64,000 nt of DNA from Nanobdellota archaeon (GTDB taxonomy: Archaea > Nanobdellota > Nanobdellia > Tiddalikarchaeales > Tiddalikarchaeaceae): NCBI GenBank assembly GCA_016931175.1, contig JAFGFH010000008.1:18477-82476 (forward strand), given 5' to 3'. A program made the position numbers and the translations under genes. Positions 18,787-28,303 of the stretch are shown piece by piece. Under the pieces are notes generated by a model that had not been told where the DNA came from, made no database searches, and worked only from the letters and a program-made list of their open reading frames with translations. The stretch's first letter is position 1. Each line of letters starts with the position of its first letter.

Positions 18787-19323
18787 TTGAACTATAACAT
18801 GACTGAATATAAAATTATTCTGCCAAGAAAGGATTTCACAATTATTGCAAGCGTGCAGAAGCGAATTCTAGCTTTTATTATAGACCTATTAATCTTCTTC
18901 TTTTTAATACTAACTCCTTTCTTGTCAAATTATTACAGCATTTCAGGCATTCCAATAGATAAGGTTGGTGTTGATGAATTATTGAATAATACACAATTGT
19001 ATGCAATAGTATCAGCAGGAGATTTCACATCTTATTCAATCTTCTTATTCTACCTAGCAGGTTCAGAACTCTTGCTTAAAGCAACTATTGGCAAGAGAAT
19101 GCTTAACTTGTCTGTAATCAGCAAGAAAGGCAAAGATTTAAGCTTGATGCAATTAATAACTAGGAACATTTCTAAGAGCATTGCTTTTTTCCTGCTGCCT
19201 TTCGATGCAGTTTTGATGTTTTTTGACCCAGAGCATAGAAGGGTTTCTGACTTCATATCAAGCACTTTAGTAGTTGAGAATAGGAAACTTATAAAAAAGT
19301 TCCCGGTGGTTAATGAGTTATGA
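18787..19323 (+). CDS. RDD family membrane protein
   Basis: R..AFIIDLLIFF ... D ... GKRMLNL pattern with TM helices. Confidence 0.55.
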   Translation: MNYNMTEYKIILPRKDFTIIASVQKRILAFIIDLLIFFFLILTPFLSNYYSISGIPIDKVGVDELLNNTQLYAIVSAGDFTSYSIFLFYLAGSELLLKATIGKRMLNLSVISKKGKDLSLMQLITRNISKSIAFFLLPFDAVLMFFDPEHRRVSDFISSTLVVENRKLIKKFPVVNEL

Positions 19324-20162
19324 ACGAGATATTAAAACTTGTAATCTTATTCTTACTAGTCTCTTTGTTAATAATCTCTTCATCAGCGGTGCTTGGAGTT
19401 TTTTACAGCATTCCTTCAGGAAACGTTGCTTTAGTTAAACTAGATGGGGAGCTAGTTTCTTTCGGTTCTGTTCTGGGAAGCCAGTCAAGTGATGATATTA
19501 TATCACTACTTGAAGCAGCAGAGGATAATCCCAACATTGAAGCAATAGTTTTGTCAATTAACAGTGTTGGGGGCATGAGTGTAGCCAGCAAAGAGGTTTC
19601 AAACAAGGTTTTGAACCTGAGCAAGCCGGTAATAGCTTGGATTAGGGAGGTTGGAACAAGCGGGGCTTACTTAATAGCAAGTTCATCAGATTACATAATA
19701 TCTGACGAGTTGTCAATGGTTGGCAGTATAGGTTCCACAATGAGTTACTTAGAGTTCAGCGAGACATTAACAAAGTATGGTGTAGAGTATGAGAGCTTAA
19801 GCAGCGGTGATTTGAAAGAGATGGGTTCTTTATTCAAGAACTTAACGAGCGAAGAAAGAGAATTATACATGGATTTAATTAACGCTTCTTTTGAATACTT
19901 CTTGAATCACGTAATTGAACAGAGGAACTTAACTAGTGAAGCGTTAAGCATTGTCAGCGACGGCAGAGTACTCAGCGGTTCACAAGCGTTTAATCTCGGA
20001 CTAGTTGATGAGTTAGGAAGCTGGAACGAGGTTGTGAAAGAATTAGAGTTGTTAAACATTAAAGATGTAAAAGTTGAGGAATACTCTGTTTCAGGATTTT
20101 TTCCGGACTTTTCAAGTTTTTTAGACTTTAAGCCTAGTTCAGTCTTTCCCACATATGATTAA
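19320..20162 (+). CDS. sppA: Signal peptide peptidase SppA (S49 family)
   Basis: SINSVGGMSVAS and VGTSGAYLIASSSDYII...MVGSIG motifs of the S49 fold. N-terminal TM anchor. Confidence 0.7.
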   Translation: MNEILKLVILFLLVSLLIISSSAVLGVFYSIPSGNVALVKLDGELVSFGSVLGSQSSDDIISLLEAAEDNPNIEAIVLSINSVGGMSVASKEVSNKVLNLSKPVIAWIREVGTSGAYLIASSSDYIISDELSMVGSIGSTMSYLEFSETLTKYGVEYESLSSGDLKEMGSLFKNLTSEERELYMDLINASFEYFLNHVIEQRNLTSEALSIVSDGRVLSGSQAFNLGLVDELGSWNEVVKELELLNIKDVKVEEYSVSGFFPDFSSFLDFKPSSVFPTYD

Positions 20163-20937
20163 ACATATTGTTCAAGCTTCTGCCGAAAACCTCGCTTTTA
20201 ACCCATAAAGCAACATCGTATTTCGGGTGAACGTCTTCATCATTTACTAGTAAGAATAGAACATCTTCTTGGTCAACTATTAAGAACCTTGACATGTCTT
20301 CCTGCCCGTTCTTTAACACGCCAATATCTTCTTTAACCTCGTTAAGGAATCTTTTGCCTTCATCATTAACTGAAGCTATAATCTTAACATTTACTTTTCT
20401 CTTTCTTGCACTAGCCAACTCGTCCTTGAACGCTTTAATCTTTCTTATGAATCCGTTAACGCTCGTGCTTATAATTATCTCCTTATCAGCCTTTTTAATT
20501 AAACTGTTCATGTAATTGTAAATATTATTCCTGCCTTTTATTATCCCGCTTAACTCAGTAGGTTCAATAAACTTTACGCCTTTATTATGCAATTGGTTTA
20601 ATTCTTTGATTATGCCGCTGTTTTTGAAGGTGTCAATCTTTTCAACCTGCGAGGCTGCGTCTTCAAGAAGCATTTTTTTATGATTTTCAATAACGTCTAA
20701 CGGGTTTACTGCCAAGTACTTTATTGGTTTTGACAACTTCATTATAACAAAACCCTTCTTTTCCAATCCTTCCAAAACGTCATAAGTTCTGCTTCTAGGA
20801 ACACTGCCTGAATCGCTTAATTCACCAGCTGTGCTTACGCCTTTTGAAAGAAGAGCCAACCAAATCTTGACCTCATACAAGTTAAGATTAAATCTGTTTC
20901 TTAACTCGTCGATTGTTTCTTGGTCCGTGTTTATCAC
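20134..20937 (-). CDS. TrmB-family transcriptional regulator
   Basis: N-terminal TrmB wHTH (LYEVKIWLALLSKGVSTAGELSD...PRSRTYDVLEGLEKKGFV) plus a C-terminal effector domain. Confidence 0.65.
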   Translation of the reverse strand: MINTDQETIDELRNRFNLNLYEVKIWLALLSKGVSTAGELSDSGSVPRSRTYDVLEGLEKKGFVIMKLSKPIKYLAVNPLDVIENHKKMLLEDAASQVEKIDTFKNSGIIKELNQLHNKGVKFIEPTELSGIIKGRNNIYNYMNSLIKKADKEIIISTSVNGFIRKIKAFKDELASARKRKVNVKIIASVNDEGKRFLNEVKEDIGVLKNGQEDMSRFLIVDQEDVLFLLVNDEDVHPKYDVALWVKSEVFGRSLNNMFNHMWERLN

Positions 20938-21029
20938 TATTTATACACCTAATGTTATATTTACTACTATTTTAGGACAAAAACTTGTTTAAAAAGTTTT
21001 CTATAAAAGAGTTAGGTATATCGGGAGGA

Positions 21030-21308
21030 TTATTCGTCTATGAAACTGCCTGTTAGTATTGGAAAGTAAGTTATCTTGTTTTTTTCAGGTCTTATTAATT
21101 GAAAATCCTCATTTAATTCTACAATCCTAGTGCAGTACTTTCTTGCCAATGGCGCGTTGAACTCGTTCATTACCAAATCCATTAATTGTCTTGCCTCTGT
21201 TATTGATAACTTCTTTATCTCTCCTATTGCGTAATCTGTGAAGAAGGGTTCAACCAAGCTGTTATTATGCTCTAAGAGGTCTTCTTTCAATGATTCAACC
21301 AGTGTCAT
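21030..21308 (-). CDS. Hypothetical protein (92 aa)
   Basis: ORF only. Confidence 0.3.
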   Translation of the reverse strand: MTLVESLKEDLLEHNNSLVEPFFTDYAIGEIKKLSITEARQLMDLVMNEFNAPLARKYCTRIVELNEDFQLIRPEKNKITYFPILTGSFIDE

Positions 21309-21372
21309 TAAGCATAATTAACTGAATGGTTGTTAAAAAACTTTTTATACTAGAATATTTAATCGATTAATC

Positions 21373-21630
21373 ATGAGTTTAAGAGATTTAGAAGCAAAGC
21401 TTGAAGAATCCCTTGTTGAAATCTCAGCAAAGAGAGGAAAGTTCGAGCTCAAATACAAGATTGTAAGCGATGAGTACTTCAACTTGTGGCTGGACGTTTA
21501 TAATACATTAAAAGATGACGAGAGTTTCAGGAGCTTTACAATGCTTAACTCTTCAGTAATCTTCGGATTCAACCCTGAAAGATTCAAGTACCAGAATGAG
21601 ATGTTCGGGGATCCCTTAAAAATTATTTAA
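21373..21630 (+). CDS. Hypothetical protein (85 aa)
   Basis: ORF with an upstream TATA-like CTTTTTATAC. Confidence 0.3.
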   Translation: MSLRDLEAKLEESLVEISAKRGKFELKYKIVSDEYFNLWLDVYNTLKDDESFRSFTMLNSSVIFGFNPERFKYQNEMFGDPLKII

Positions 21631-23273
21631 AGCAGGTCTTCCACCATTTTAATAGTATTAGCCTCGTCAGGTGTCTTGTCAGGCCTGAACCTTACAAGTC
21701 TCGGGAATCTTAACGCGTAACCGCTGGAATATGTTGGGCTTTTCTGTATCTCTTCATACTCAACCTCTACGACTATTGCCGGTTTCAAGACCACTTTAGT
21801 ATTAGTCTCTTCCTCTATATTCTTCTTCACCAACTCATTCATCTTTGCCAAGTCCTCGTCACTGAAACCTGTTCCAAGCTTGCCGACTGTCAAGAACTCT
21901 CCTGTTGTATCATCATAGCATGATAGTGTGAAACTGCCGAACCACTTGCTCCTCCTGCCTTTGCCGTAATACGCTTCAGTAACAACTAAATCTAATTCTT
22001 TCATGTGAGTCTTTAACTTAACACCGTAACCTACCCTGCTTCCAGCCTTATAATTAGCTTTCAAGTTCTTGAACATGACGCCTTCCTGCTCCTTAATGCC
22101 TTCCTCGAATAACTTATTCGCCTCTTCCTCGCTGCTTGTCTTAATACCTTTAACCATCATAATATGCTCGTCCTGTTTAATTATTGAAACGAGTTTGTTA
22201 TGCCTGTACTCGAAACTATTATCCAATAAACTCTTGCCATCGCACATTAACAAGTCAAAACAGAAGAGTTTCACAGGAATCTCTTTAATAATCTCATCAA
22301 TGTCATACTTCCTCTTAACTCTCCTGCTTAACTGCTGGAAAGGCATTGGCTTATTAGTCTTGGGGTTAAAAGCGACCATCTCGCACTCAAAGATTACATT
22401 ATCAGCATTAACTCCTTTCTTAACGTATTTGACCGCGTCAGGGAACTGCTTCGTAACCTCATCCAAGTTCCTTGTAAAAATGCGAATCGTATCAGCTTTC
22501 TTGTGAATCTGCGCCCTAACACCGTCATACTTAACCTCTATAATTGCCGGTTTGCCAACCTTTTCAAAGCCTTCACTAACACTAGTAACTTTCTGGTAAA
22601 GCATTAAGTTAATAGGGTTGAACAGTTTCAAACCTAATCTCTTTATTGAATTAGGATTATTGCACAAAGTTTCAGCAACGAGTGAGTAATCAGTGCATAA
22701 GTTGTAAGCCTTCTCTATCTCTTCAGCACTGGTGTTAAATGCCTTTGATAACGCGTCCCTTACAACTCCTGTGCCAACTCCTGTGCGCATGCTTCCAAGA
22801 ATAATCCTTGTAAGGAATAAAGCTTCATCACTTCCTGCAGAATTCAACAACCTGCTTATTGTTTTAAGTTTCCTGTCAACACTGCCCTTTCCTTCAATAA
22901 CTGGTATCTTGTAAAGAGTGTCCTTAACTGATTCGAGAGTAAGCTCTTCATTTAACAGACTAACCTGTTTCTTGTTCTTCATCAAGTACTTAGCTGTCTC
23001 TCCCAAGTCACCGTACGCTTTCCAAGTCTTCATAACCTCTCTCTTTTCAGTACCGCTGGCAAGAGCTAAAGCATCAATCATCATATTATTAGCCACGCCT
23101 AATTCTTGCTCATTATTTGTTGGAAAAATCCTTCCCATGCATAATAATACGACAAATCCTATGTCTTTGCATTTCGTTTTTTTCAAAAAACTGCTTAAGA
23201 TTTCCGTCATCTTTAAGCGTTTAGTTGTTGATGATAACTGGTTGAATAATTGAACTAACTCTTTGAATATCAT
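21627..23273 (-). CDS. lig: ATP-dependent DNA ligase
   Basis: Motif I EVKYDGVRAQIH (KxDGxR adenylation lysine). 548 aa, typical of archaeal Lig. Confidence 0.85.
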   Translation of the reverse strand: MIFKELVQLFNQLSSTTKRLKMTEILSSFLKKTKCKDIGFVVLLCMGRIFPTNNEQELGVANNMMIDALALASGTEKREVMKTWKAYGDLGETAKYLMKNKKQVSLLNEELTLESVKDTLYKIPVIEGKGSVDRKLKTISRLLNSAGSDEALFLTRIILGSMRTGVGTGVVRDALSKAFNTSAEEIEKAYNLCTDYSLVAETLCNNPNSIKRLGLKLFNPINLMLYQKVTSVSEGFEKVGKPAIIEVKYDGVRAQIHKKADTIRIFTRNLDEVTKQFPDAVKYVKKGVNADNVIFECEMVAFNPKTNKPMPFQQLSRRVKRKYDIDEIIKEIPVKLFCFDLLMCDGKSLLDNSFEYRHNKLVSIIKQDEHIMMVKGIKTSSEEEANKLFEEGIKEQEGVMFKNLKANYKAGSRVGYGVKLKTHMKELDLVVTEAYYGKGRRSKWFGSFTLSCYDDTTGEFLTVGKLGTGFSDEDLAKMNELVKKNIEEETNTKVVLKPAIVVEVEYEEIQKSPTYSSGYALRFPRLVRFRPDKTPDEANTIKMVEDLL

Positions 23274-23307
23274 AAAGATTTAAAACAGTGGGAGTAATTA
23301 AAACATT

Positions 23308-23850
23308 ATGGATTTGCTTGACGTTATAAAGCAGAGGCGAAGCGTTAGAGAGTACACAGATAAGCTTGTTGAGAAAGAGAAGCTTTTCAAGGTTCTTGAA
23401 GCAGGCAGGTGGAGCCCTTCAAGCGGCAACGTTCAAAACTGGCGGTTTGTTGTAGTAACTGAACAAGGAATTAAGATGCAGATTGCTGAAGCCTGCCTTG
23501 GACAATTCTGGCTCACAGGCGCGCCAGTAATCATAGTTGTTGCCAGTGATGAAAGCAAGCTTAGGATGCTTTTCGGGCAGAGAGGTGAGAGGTTTTATTC
23601 TATACAGAACTGCAGTGTTGCCATAATGAACATGATGCTTGAAGCCCAGAGCATTGGCTTATCAACCAGTTGGGTTGGAGCTTATGATGCGGAAAAGATA
23701 AGAAGAGTCTTGAAGATAGAAGACCCTAATATTACAATAAGAGGGATTTTAAGCCTGGGATATGCTAAGACGACGCCTCCCCCTCCAAGAAGATTAGACC
23801 TTGACAAACTAGTATACTTTAACGAATTCGGCAACAGCATCTTCAAATAA
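23308..23850 (+). CDS. Nitroreductase family protein
   Basis: RRSVREY...W.PS..N.Q.W.F.VV pattern. Confidence 0.75.
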   Translation: MDLLDVIKQRRSVREYTDKLVEKEKLFKVLEAGRWSPSSGNVQNWRFVVVTEQGIKMQIAEACLGQFWLTGAPVIIVVASDESKLRMLFGQRGERFYSIQNCSVAIMNMMLEAQSIGLSTSWVGAYDAEKIRRVLKIEDPNITIRGILSLGYAKTTPPPPRRLDLDKLVYFNEFGNSIFK

Positions 23851-24376
23851 GCCAGTAATGCATTAACTCTTCATCAAAGTATTTATTACCAGATTTTAAA
23901 ACCCTTGGCAGGACACCTACTGTCTTAAAACCCATCTTCTTATACAGGTTCTTGGCAGCCTTGTTCCTCTTGAACACTCCTAAACTAATCATCTCTAACC
24001 CTTTAAGACTCTTCCTGGATTCTTCAATCACTGCCTTCATCAACGCTTCACCTAATCCTTTGCCTCTGTGAGGTTTAAGTATTGAAATTCCCAACCCCGC
24101 AGTATGGCTCTGCTTGCCATGGTTTTTAATAACACAAACGCTTCCAACAAACTCTTTACCCTTTAACGCTGCCAAGTAGACGCCTTCTTTCTTCTTCATG
24201 TTCTTAACACCTTCTTTAAGAGTTTCCTTAGCCTCTTTTAATGTAATCTTCTTATTCCTGTTAATATCAGCGTTTTCATCAACTAATGCATTAAATAATC
24301 TCACCATGCCCTTAGCGTCTGATAATCTCTCAGCTCGTATAATGTATTCCTTAAACTTTAATGGCTTCATTTTCAC
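23843..24376 (-). CDS. GNAT family N-acetyltransferase
   Basis: Acetyl-CoA-binding motif HRGKGLGEALM. Confidence 0.7.
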   Translation of the reverse strand: MKMKPLKFKEYIIRAERLSDAKGMVRLFNALVDENADINRNKKITLKEAKETLKEGVKNMKKKEGVYLAALKGKEFVGSVCVIKNHGKQSHTAGLGISILKPHRGKGLGEALMKAVIEESRKSLKGLEMISLGVFKRNKAAKNLYKKMGFKTVGVLPRVLKSGNKYFDEELMHYWLI

Positions 24377-25221
24377 TCATTAAAGATGTTCACAGTGCCG
24401 AACGTGCTGCTTATGATTAAGTGAACCTTGTCTGTTAAAATCTCATAATCACTGTTCTTGATTCCAATATTATTATTCACGGTTCCTAACGCACTGTCTG
24501 TTTCAACCCAGTGGCCGGCGTTTTCATCAACGTAAACGTTCACTGAGCCGAATGCTGAATCAATAATTATTGTATGCTCTCCAGTAACGCTGCCTGTGTG
24601 CACTACTAAGTTGCCGAAACTGTTATCAACAGATATTTCATCAAAAGCGTTTACTGCATTAAACTCAGCTTCAGCAAAACTGTTATCAAAGTATAAATTA
24701 TTATTCTCCCCTATTAAATTATCAAGATTAATATCCGCATTTCCAAAATTGAAATAAATACTGTAATCCTCGTCTTTCAAGAATTCTAAAGAACTTGTTA
24801 AAACAACATCCTCGTCATTAACGTATTCAACAATGAAGCTGTTAGCCGTTGATGTTATAGTAAAATCAGTGAAGCCGGCGCTGATACTATTATTTGATAT
24901 GTTAAGGTAAGAACTGTTTTCATTGTTTAAATTATAAGTGTTGAAAGGTAGGGTAATAGTGGGTATGAACAGTCTTGTTATAATGTTCCCGAAATTGAAT
25001 ATTATTATGATGAAGAATATTATTCCCACAACTGCTTTAATTACTCCCTTGGCTTCTCCGAAATCAAACCAGTGCAGTAGTAATTCCAATACGCCGTAAG
25101 CTATGAGTATGTAAGGCAGCATTGAAGGCTGAATCATTCTTGAAAGATTAACGAAACCAGTATTCAACGCTAATAAGATTAAACCGAATATTATCAAGAA
25201 GTAAGCTATCTTATTATCCAT
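24373..25221 (-). CDS. Membrane-anchored beta-strand repeat protein (DUF4097/LiaF-like putative adhesin domain)
   Basis: N-terminal TM helices, then repeated units (FGNLVVHTGSVTG..., AFGSVNVYVDENAG..., ALGTVNNNIG...). Confidence 0.45.
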   Translation of the reverse strand: MDNKIAYFLIIFGLILLALNTGFVNLSRMIQPSMLPYILIAYGVLELLLHWFDFGEAKGVIKAVVGIIFFIIIIFNFGNIITRLFIPTITLPFNTYNLNNENSSYLNISNNSISAGFTDFTITSTANSFIVEYVNDEDVVLTSSLEFLKDEDYSIYFNFGNADINLDNLIGENNNLYFDNSFAEAEFNAVNAFDEISVDNSFGNLVVHTGSVTGEHTIIIDSAFGSVNVYVDENAGHWVETDSALGTVNNNIGIKNSDYEILTDKVHLIISSTFGTVNIFNE

Positions 25222-25287
25222 TAATAAAAAAAAAGATTCACTATTATTTAATAAAGTTTATTAATTAACACTATTTTTTATTAAGTT

Positions 25288-25653
25288 ATGGAGAAGAGGT
25301 TGTACCGAAGCAAAACTGATAAGGTATTGTTCGGAGTCTGCGGGGGAATTGCTGAATACTTCGGGATTGATTCTACAATAGTCAGGTTAATCACAGTTGC
25401 TTTGCTATTATCCGGTGCAGGAGTCTTATTATTATACATAATCTTGGCAATCATTATTCCAGAGAATCCTTCAAAGACTACTGTTAAGAAGATAGATAAC
25501 AAGAACAGCAATTACTTGCTTGGAGCTGGATTGTTAATTATTGGAAGCGCGATGCTATTAGTCCAGTATAATATTATTGACTGGGACGTATTATGGCCTT
25601 CAATAATCATAATATTAGGAGTGTTCTTTTTATGGCGAAATCAAAAAAAGTAA
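25288..25653 (+). CDS. PspC domain-containing membrane protein
   Basis: LYRS..D..LFGVCGGIAEYFGID...VRL PspC motif followed by TM helices. Confidence 0.7.
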   Translation: MEKRLYRSKTDKVLFGVCGGIAEYFGIDSTIVRLITVALLLSGAGVLLLYIILAIIIPENPSKTTVKKIDNKNSNYLLGAGLLIIGSAMLLVQYNIIDWDVLWPSIIIILGVFFLWRNQKK

Positions 25654-26183
25654 AGAAATTAGAGAATAGGATAGAAGCAACTGCTGAAAAGTTCGGCAAG
25701 AAAATTGAAGACTTTGCTAAGATGCATGCTAAAAAAGCAGAGAAGGCAAAAGGGAACGGTGCACTAATAGGGGGAACTATACTAATAACACTGGGTTTAA
25801 TCTTCTTAATGTCAGAGTTGAACATACTAAACTTTGACCCTTTCTATATTACACTATTATTAGGAATAGTTTTCATAGCAGTATACTTCTTGTACAATAA
25901 TTGGGCATTTCTAATACCAGGTATTATAATAACCGGAATCAGCTTATTATTCATACTAAGAATTGCAGGACTCGGGTACGCTTACCCTTTAATAGTTGGA
26001 TTATCCTTCCTAGCAGTTTATGCTACAAAACAAGACAATACTAAGTGGGCTTTAATTCCTGCAATTATCCTCTTAGCAATAAGTTTAATGACAGGATTTG
26101 ACTACTACACTAATGTAAGCTTCTTCCCAATACTATTAATGGGTTTAGGAATATTCGTATTGTACAAGAACTATCAAAAGTGA
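25632..26183 (+). CDS. Polytopic membrane protein (start at the internal Met MAKSKK)
   Basis: Charged N-terminus followed by 5-6 hydrophobic helices. The track ORF begins earlier at 25593 but overlaps the PspC gene. ATG at 25632 chosen. Confidence 0.4.
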   Translation: MAKSKKVKKLENRIEATAEKFGKKIEDFAKMHAKKAEKAKGNGALIGGTILITLGLIFLMSELNILNFDPFYITLLLGIVFIAVYFLYNNWAFLIPGIIITGISLLFILRIAGLGYAYPLIVGLSFLAVYATKQDNTKWALIPAIILLAISLMTGFDYYTNVSFFPILLMGLGIFVLYKNYQK

Positions 26184-26875
26184 ATCTCTGCCTCTTTTGC
26201 ATCAAGAATCTTGTAATAATATTCTCCTCTGCAAATCTTCTGAAGTAAGTCCTTTAACTCATTAACTGCTTTAGTAACCTCTTGTTTAGTGGCAGGAGGC
26301 ATGCCTTCTATTACTAATATGCAGTTCTTAGTCTCTTCAGTTAATTTAGTTCTTTCAGCCTCTCGCCAATTAAACCTTCTGCAGATTGCGGAGACATCGT
26401 CCTTGTATATAACTTCTCCTTCATGGGGAGGTCTGGGTTCCTTATCACCTAATAATAAAACCGGCGCCTCGTTTGCTTCCGAAATGGTTAAGAAAATATC
26501 TCCTTTAATCTTATTCAGGTCCTCGCCGCCAACAGGCAGCATATACTTTAACGAAATCAAGTTGTAAGCATCAACTAGTTTATTGATATGCCGGATACTG
26601 GAGCCTTGAAGCACTAGTTTGTAAATATTCTCAACAGAAGACCTGTTATCTTTGGGTTTAGCCCCGAAGAAGGAGTAAGCCCTTCTCCAAACATCTATTT
26701 TCTGCTCCTGTGAGAGTGTTTGACTGTCATATTCTTTTCGTATCCTGTCCTCCTGCTTTTTAATCTCTTTAATAACATCTTCGGAACTGCTGGAGTTATC
26801 AAGGTTTTTGCAGACCAATACTCCAACAATTAATTCAGGAAACTTTTCAAAAACTCTCTTATCGATGCGAAACAT
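26174..26875 (-). CDS. B3/B4 tRNA-binding domain protein (PheT-like solo B3/4, COG3382-like)
   Basis: The N-terminal pattern F.ID..VFEKFPEL.VGV.V resembles solo B3/4 domain proteins. Assigned from memory. Confidence 0.4.
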   Translation of the reverse strand: MFRIDKRVFEKFPELIVGVLVCKNLDNSSSSEDVIKEIKKQEDRIRKEYDSQTLSQEQKIDVWRRAYSFFGAKPKDNRSSVENIYKLVLQGSSIRHINKLVDAYNLISLKYMLPVGGEDLNKIKGDIFLTISEANEAPVLLLGDKEPRPPHEGEVIYKDDVSAICRRFNWREAERTKLTEETKNCILVIEGMPPATKQEVTKAVNELKDLLQKICRGEYYYKILDAKEAEIHF

Positions 26876-26942
26876 GGTATTAGTTTCATTAAATATTTCA
26901 AGTTATAAAACTTTTTAGAAAAAAAATAGAAAGGAAGTGTTA

Positions 26943-27054
26943 AGCCCCTACCGTGATAGGGGCTAGGATCTTCCGTTTCTAAATCAAGAATTGTGTAATG
27001 CTACTCGATTTTTTTCGGGGGGAGTGAAAAACTATTGTCGTAGCTTTTACACAA
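26943..27054 (-). terminator. GC-rich compound hairpin element immediately 3' of ftsZ (possible terminator / 3'UTR structured RNA)
   Basis: Hairpin B at 26991-27054: 13-bp interrupted outer stem TTGTGTAA-T-GCTAC / GTAGC-TT-TTACACAA, inner stem TTTTTC/GAAAAA, apical loop ACUCCCCCC on the minus strand. Hairpin A at 26943-26964: AGCCCCTA-CCGTGA-TAGGGGCT. On the minus strand an oligo-T tract (CTATTTTTTTTCT) follows hairpin A. Confidence 0.35.
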
Positions 27055-27060
27055 TGAGCG

Positions 27061-28137
27061 TTAAAGCATTTTTATGCCGAGCGCTTGAGTTTCTGCTCCC
27101 TGTCCTTCTGCAGCAGCCCCTAACTTCTGAGGACCAACTATGTACGGGCTCTTAACCCCTGTTATTATGCTCATTATTCTTATCTTTCCGTTCATCTTCT
27201 CGTCAATACGAGCTCCCCAGATTACGTTAGCGTCGTCATTCAATGACTGCGTTATTAACTCTGCTGCCCTGCTGGCCTCTTCAAGAGTCATGTCCATCCC
27301 GCCTGTTATGTGGATTAATGCTCCTTCAGCACCAGTGTAGGTTACGTCAAGCAAAGGATTATTCAATGCCCTGTTAACAGCTTCGTCAACCTTTTTGTCG
27401 CTTGAGCTTTCTCCTATTCCCATAGCGCACAAGCCTCCCATTTTCATAATCGCTTTTACGTCAGCGAAGTCCAAGTTTATCAAGCTAGGTAATGCTATGG
27501 TTTCAACAATTCCTTTAATCATTGTTGATATCAGCTCGTTAGCTACAGCGAATGACTGTTGTATTGGCAGGTTTCCTGCAATCTCAACCAGTTTATTATT
27601 GTCTATAACAATTACTGAATCGCACTGTTCTCTTAACAATTGAAGTCCGAACTCAGCCTTGTCAATCCTTACCCTTTCAACGTTGAAAGGCATTGTTACA
27701 ACACCGATTACTATTGCTCCCATCTCTTTACCCATCTTAGCAACTACTGGAGCAGTTCCTGTACCTGTTCCTCCTCCTAGTCCTGCACAGACGAATAATA
27801 AATCAGTGTTCTTAAGCAAGTTTTTTACATCGTGCTGGCTTTCTTCAACTGCTTGCGCCCCAATCTTTGGGTGTCCTCCAGCACCAAGTCCGCGAGTTAA
27901 TTCCTTGCCAACTAGTATTTTCTGGTCAGCATTCCTCGCATTCAAGTGTTGAGCGTCAGTGTTTAATAGTATAGTCTCAGCTCCTTCTAATCCCTTATTA
28001 TACAACCAAGATACGGCGTTGTTTCCTCCGCCACCGCAGCCAATAACCTTAATATTAGCCTGTCCCTCTATTCCGTTTGTTAAACCTTCCATGAAGTCAT
28101 TCTGACTCTTCAAGGCATTTTCAACCAAAAAGTCCAT
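27061..28137 (-). CDS. ftsZ: Cell division GTPase FtsZ
   Basis: Tubulin/FtsZ signature GGGTGTGTAPVVA and GTP-binding N-terminal GGGGNNAV. Confidence 0.9.
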   Translation of the reverse strand: MDFLVENALKSQNDFMEGLTNGIEGQANIKVIGCGGGGNNAVSWLYNKGLEGAETILLNTDAQHLNARNADQKILVGKELTRGLGAGGHPKIGAQAVEESQHDVKNLLKNTDLLFVCAGLGGGTGTGTAPVVAKMGKEMGAIVIGVVTMPFNVERVRIDKAEFGLQLLREQCDSVIVIDNNKLVEIAGNLPIQQSFAVANELISTMIKGIVETIALPSLINLDFADVKAIMKMGGLCAMGIGESSSDKKVDEAVNRALNNPLLDVTYTGAEGALIHITGGMDMTLEEASRAAELITQSLNDDANVIWGARIDEKMNGKIRIMSIITGVKSPYIVGPQKLGAAAEGQGAETQALGIKML

Positions 28138-28236
28138 GTTTCATCACACCCCCAATGTTCATGTAATTTTTTTGTTGGTACCGATATACATCTCCGCAAA
28201 GTATTTAAATCCGCGACAGTATAACTACCATTAGAA

Positions 28237-28303
28237 GTAATTCGCCAAAATTACACTCGCCAAAGTGTGATTTCCAATTTGAGCTTCACTCGCCAAAATG
28301 AAG
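28237..28303. promoter_or_regulatory. Array of three tandem hairpins with conserved loop TCGCCAAA and covarying stems (candidate sRNA or operator array)
   Basis: GTAATT-CGCCAAA-AATTAC (28237-28254), ACAC-TCGCCAAA-GTGT (28253-28268), CTTCAC-TCGCCAAAA-TGAAG (28284-28303). Flanked by CGCGA (28212-28216) and TCGCG (28304-28308), which could close a multi-stem junction. Confidence 0.5.

Noticed and set aside
26876-27060. Box C/D sRNA or SRP/RNase P RNA in the GC-rich ftsZ 3' region.
   Set aside because: No C (RUGAUGA) or D (CUGA) boxes in the right positions. It is too short (under 190 nt) for SRP or RNase P RNA. It was kept only as an unclassified structured element.
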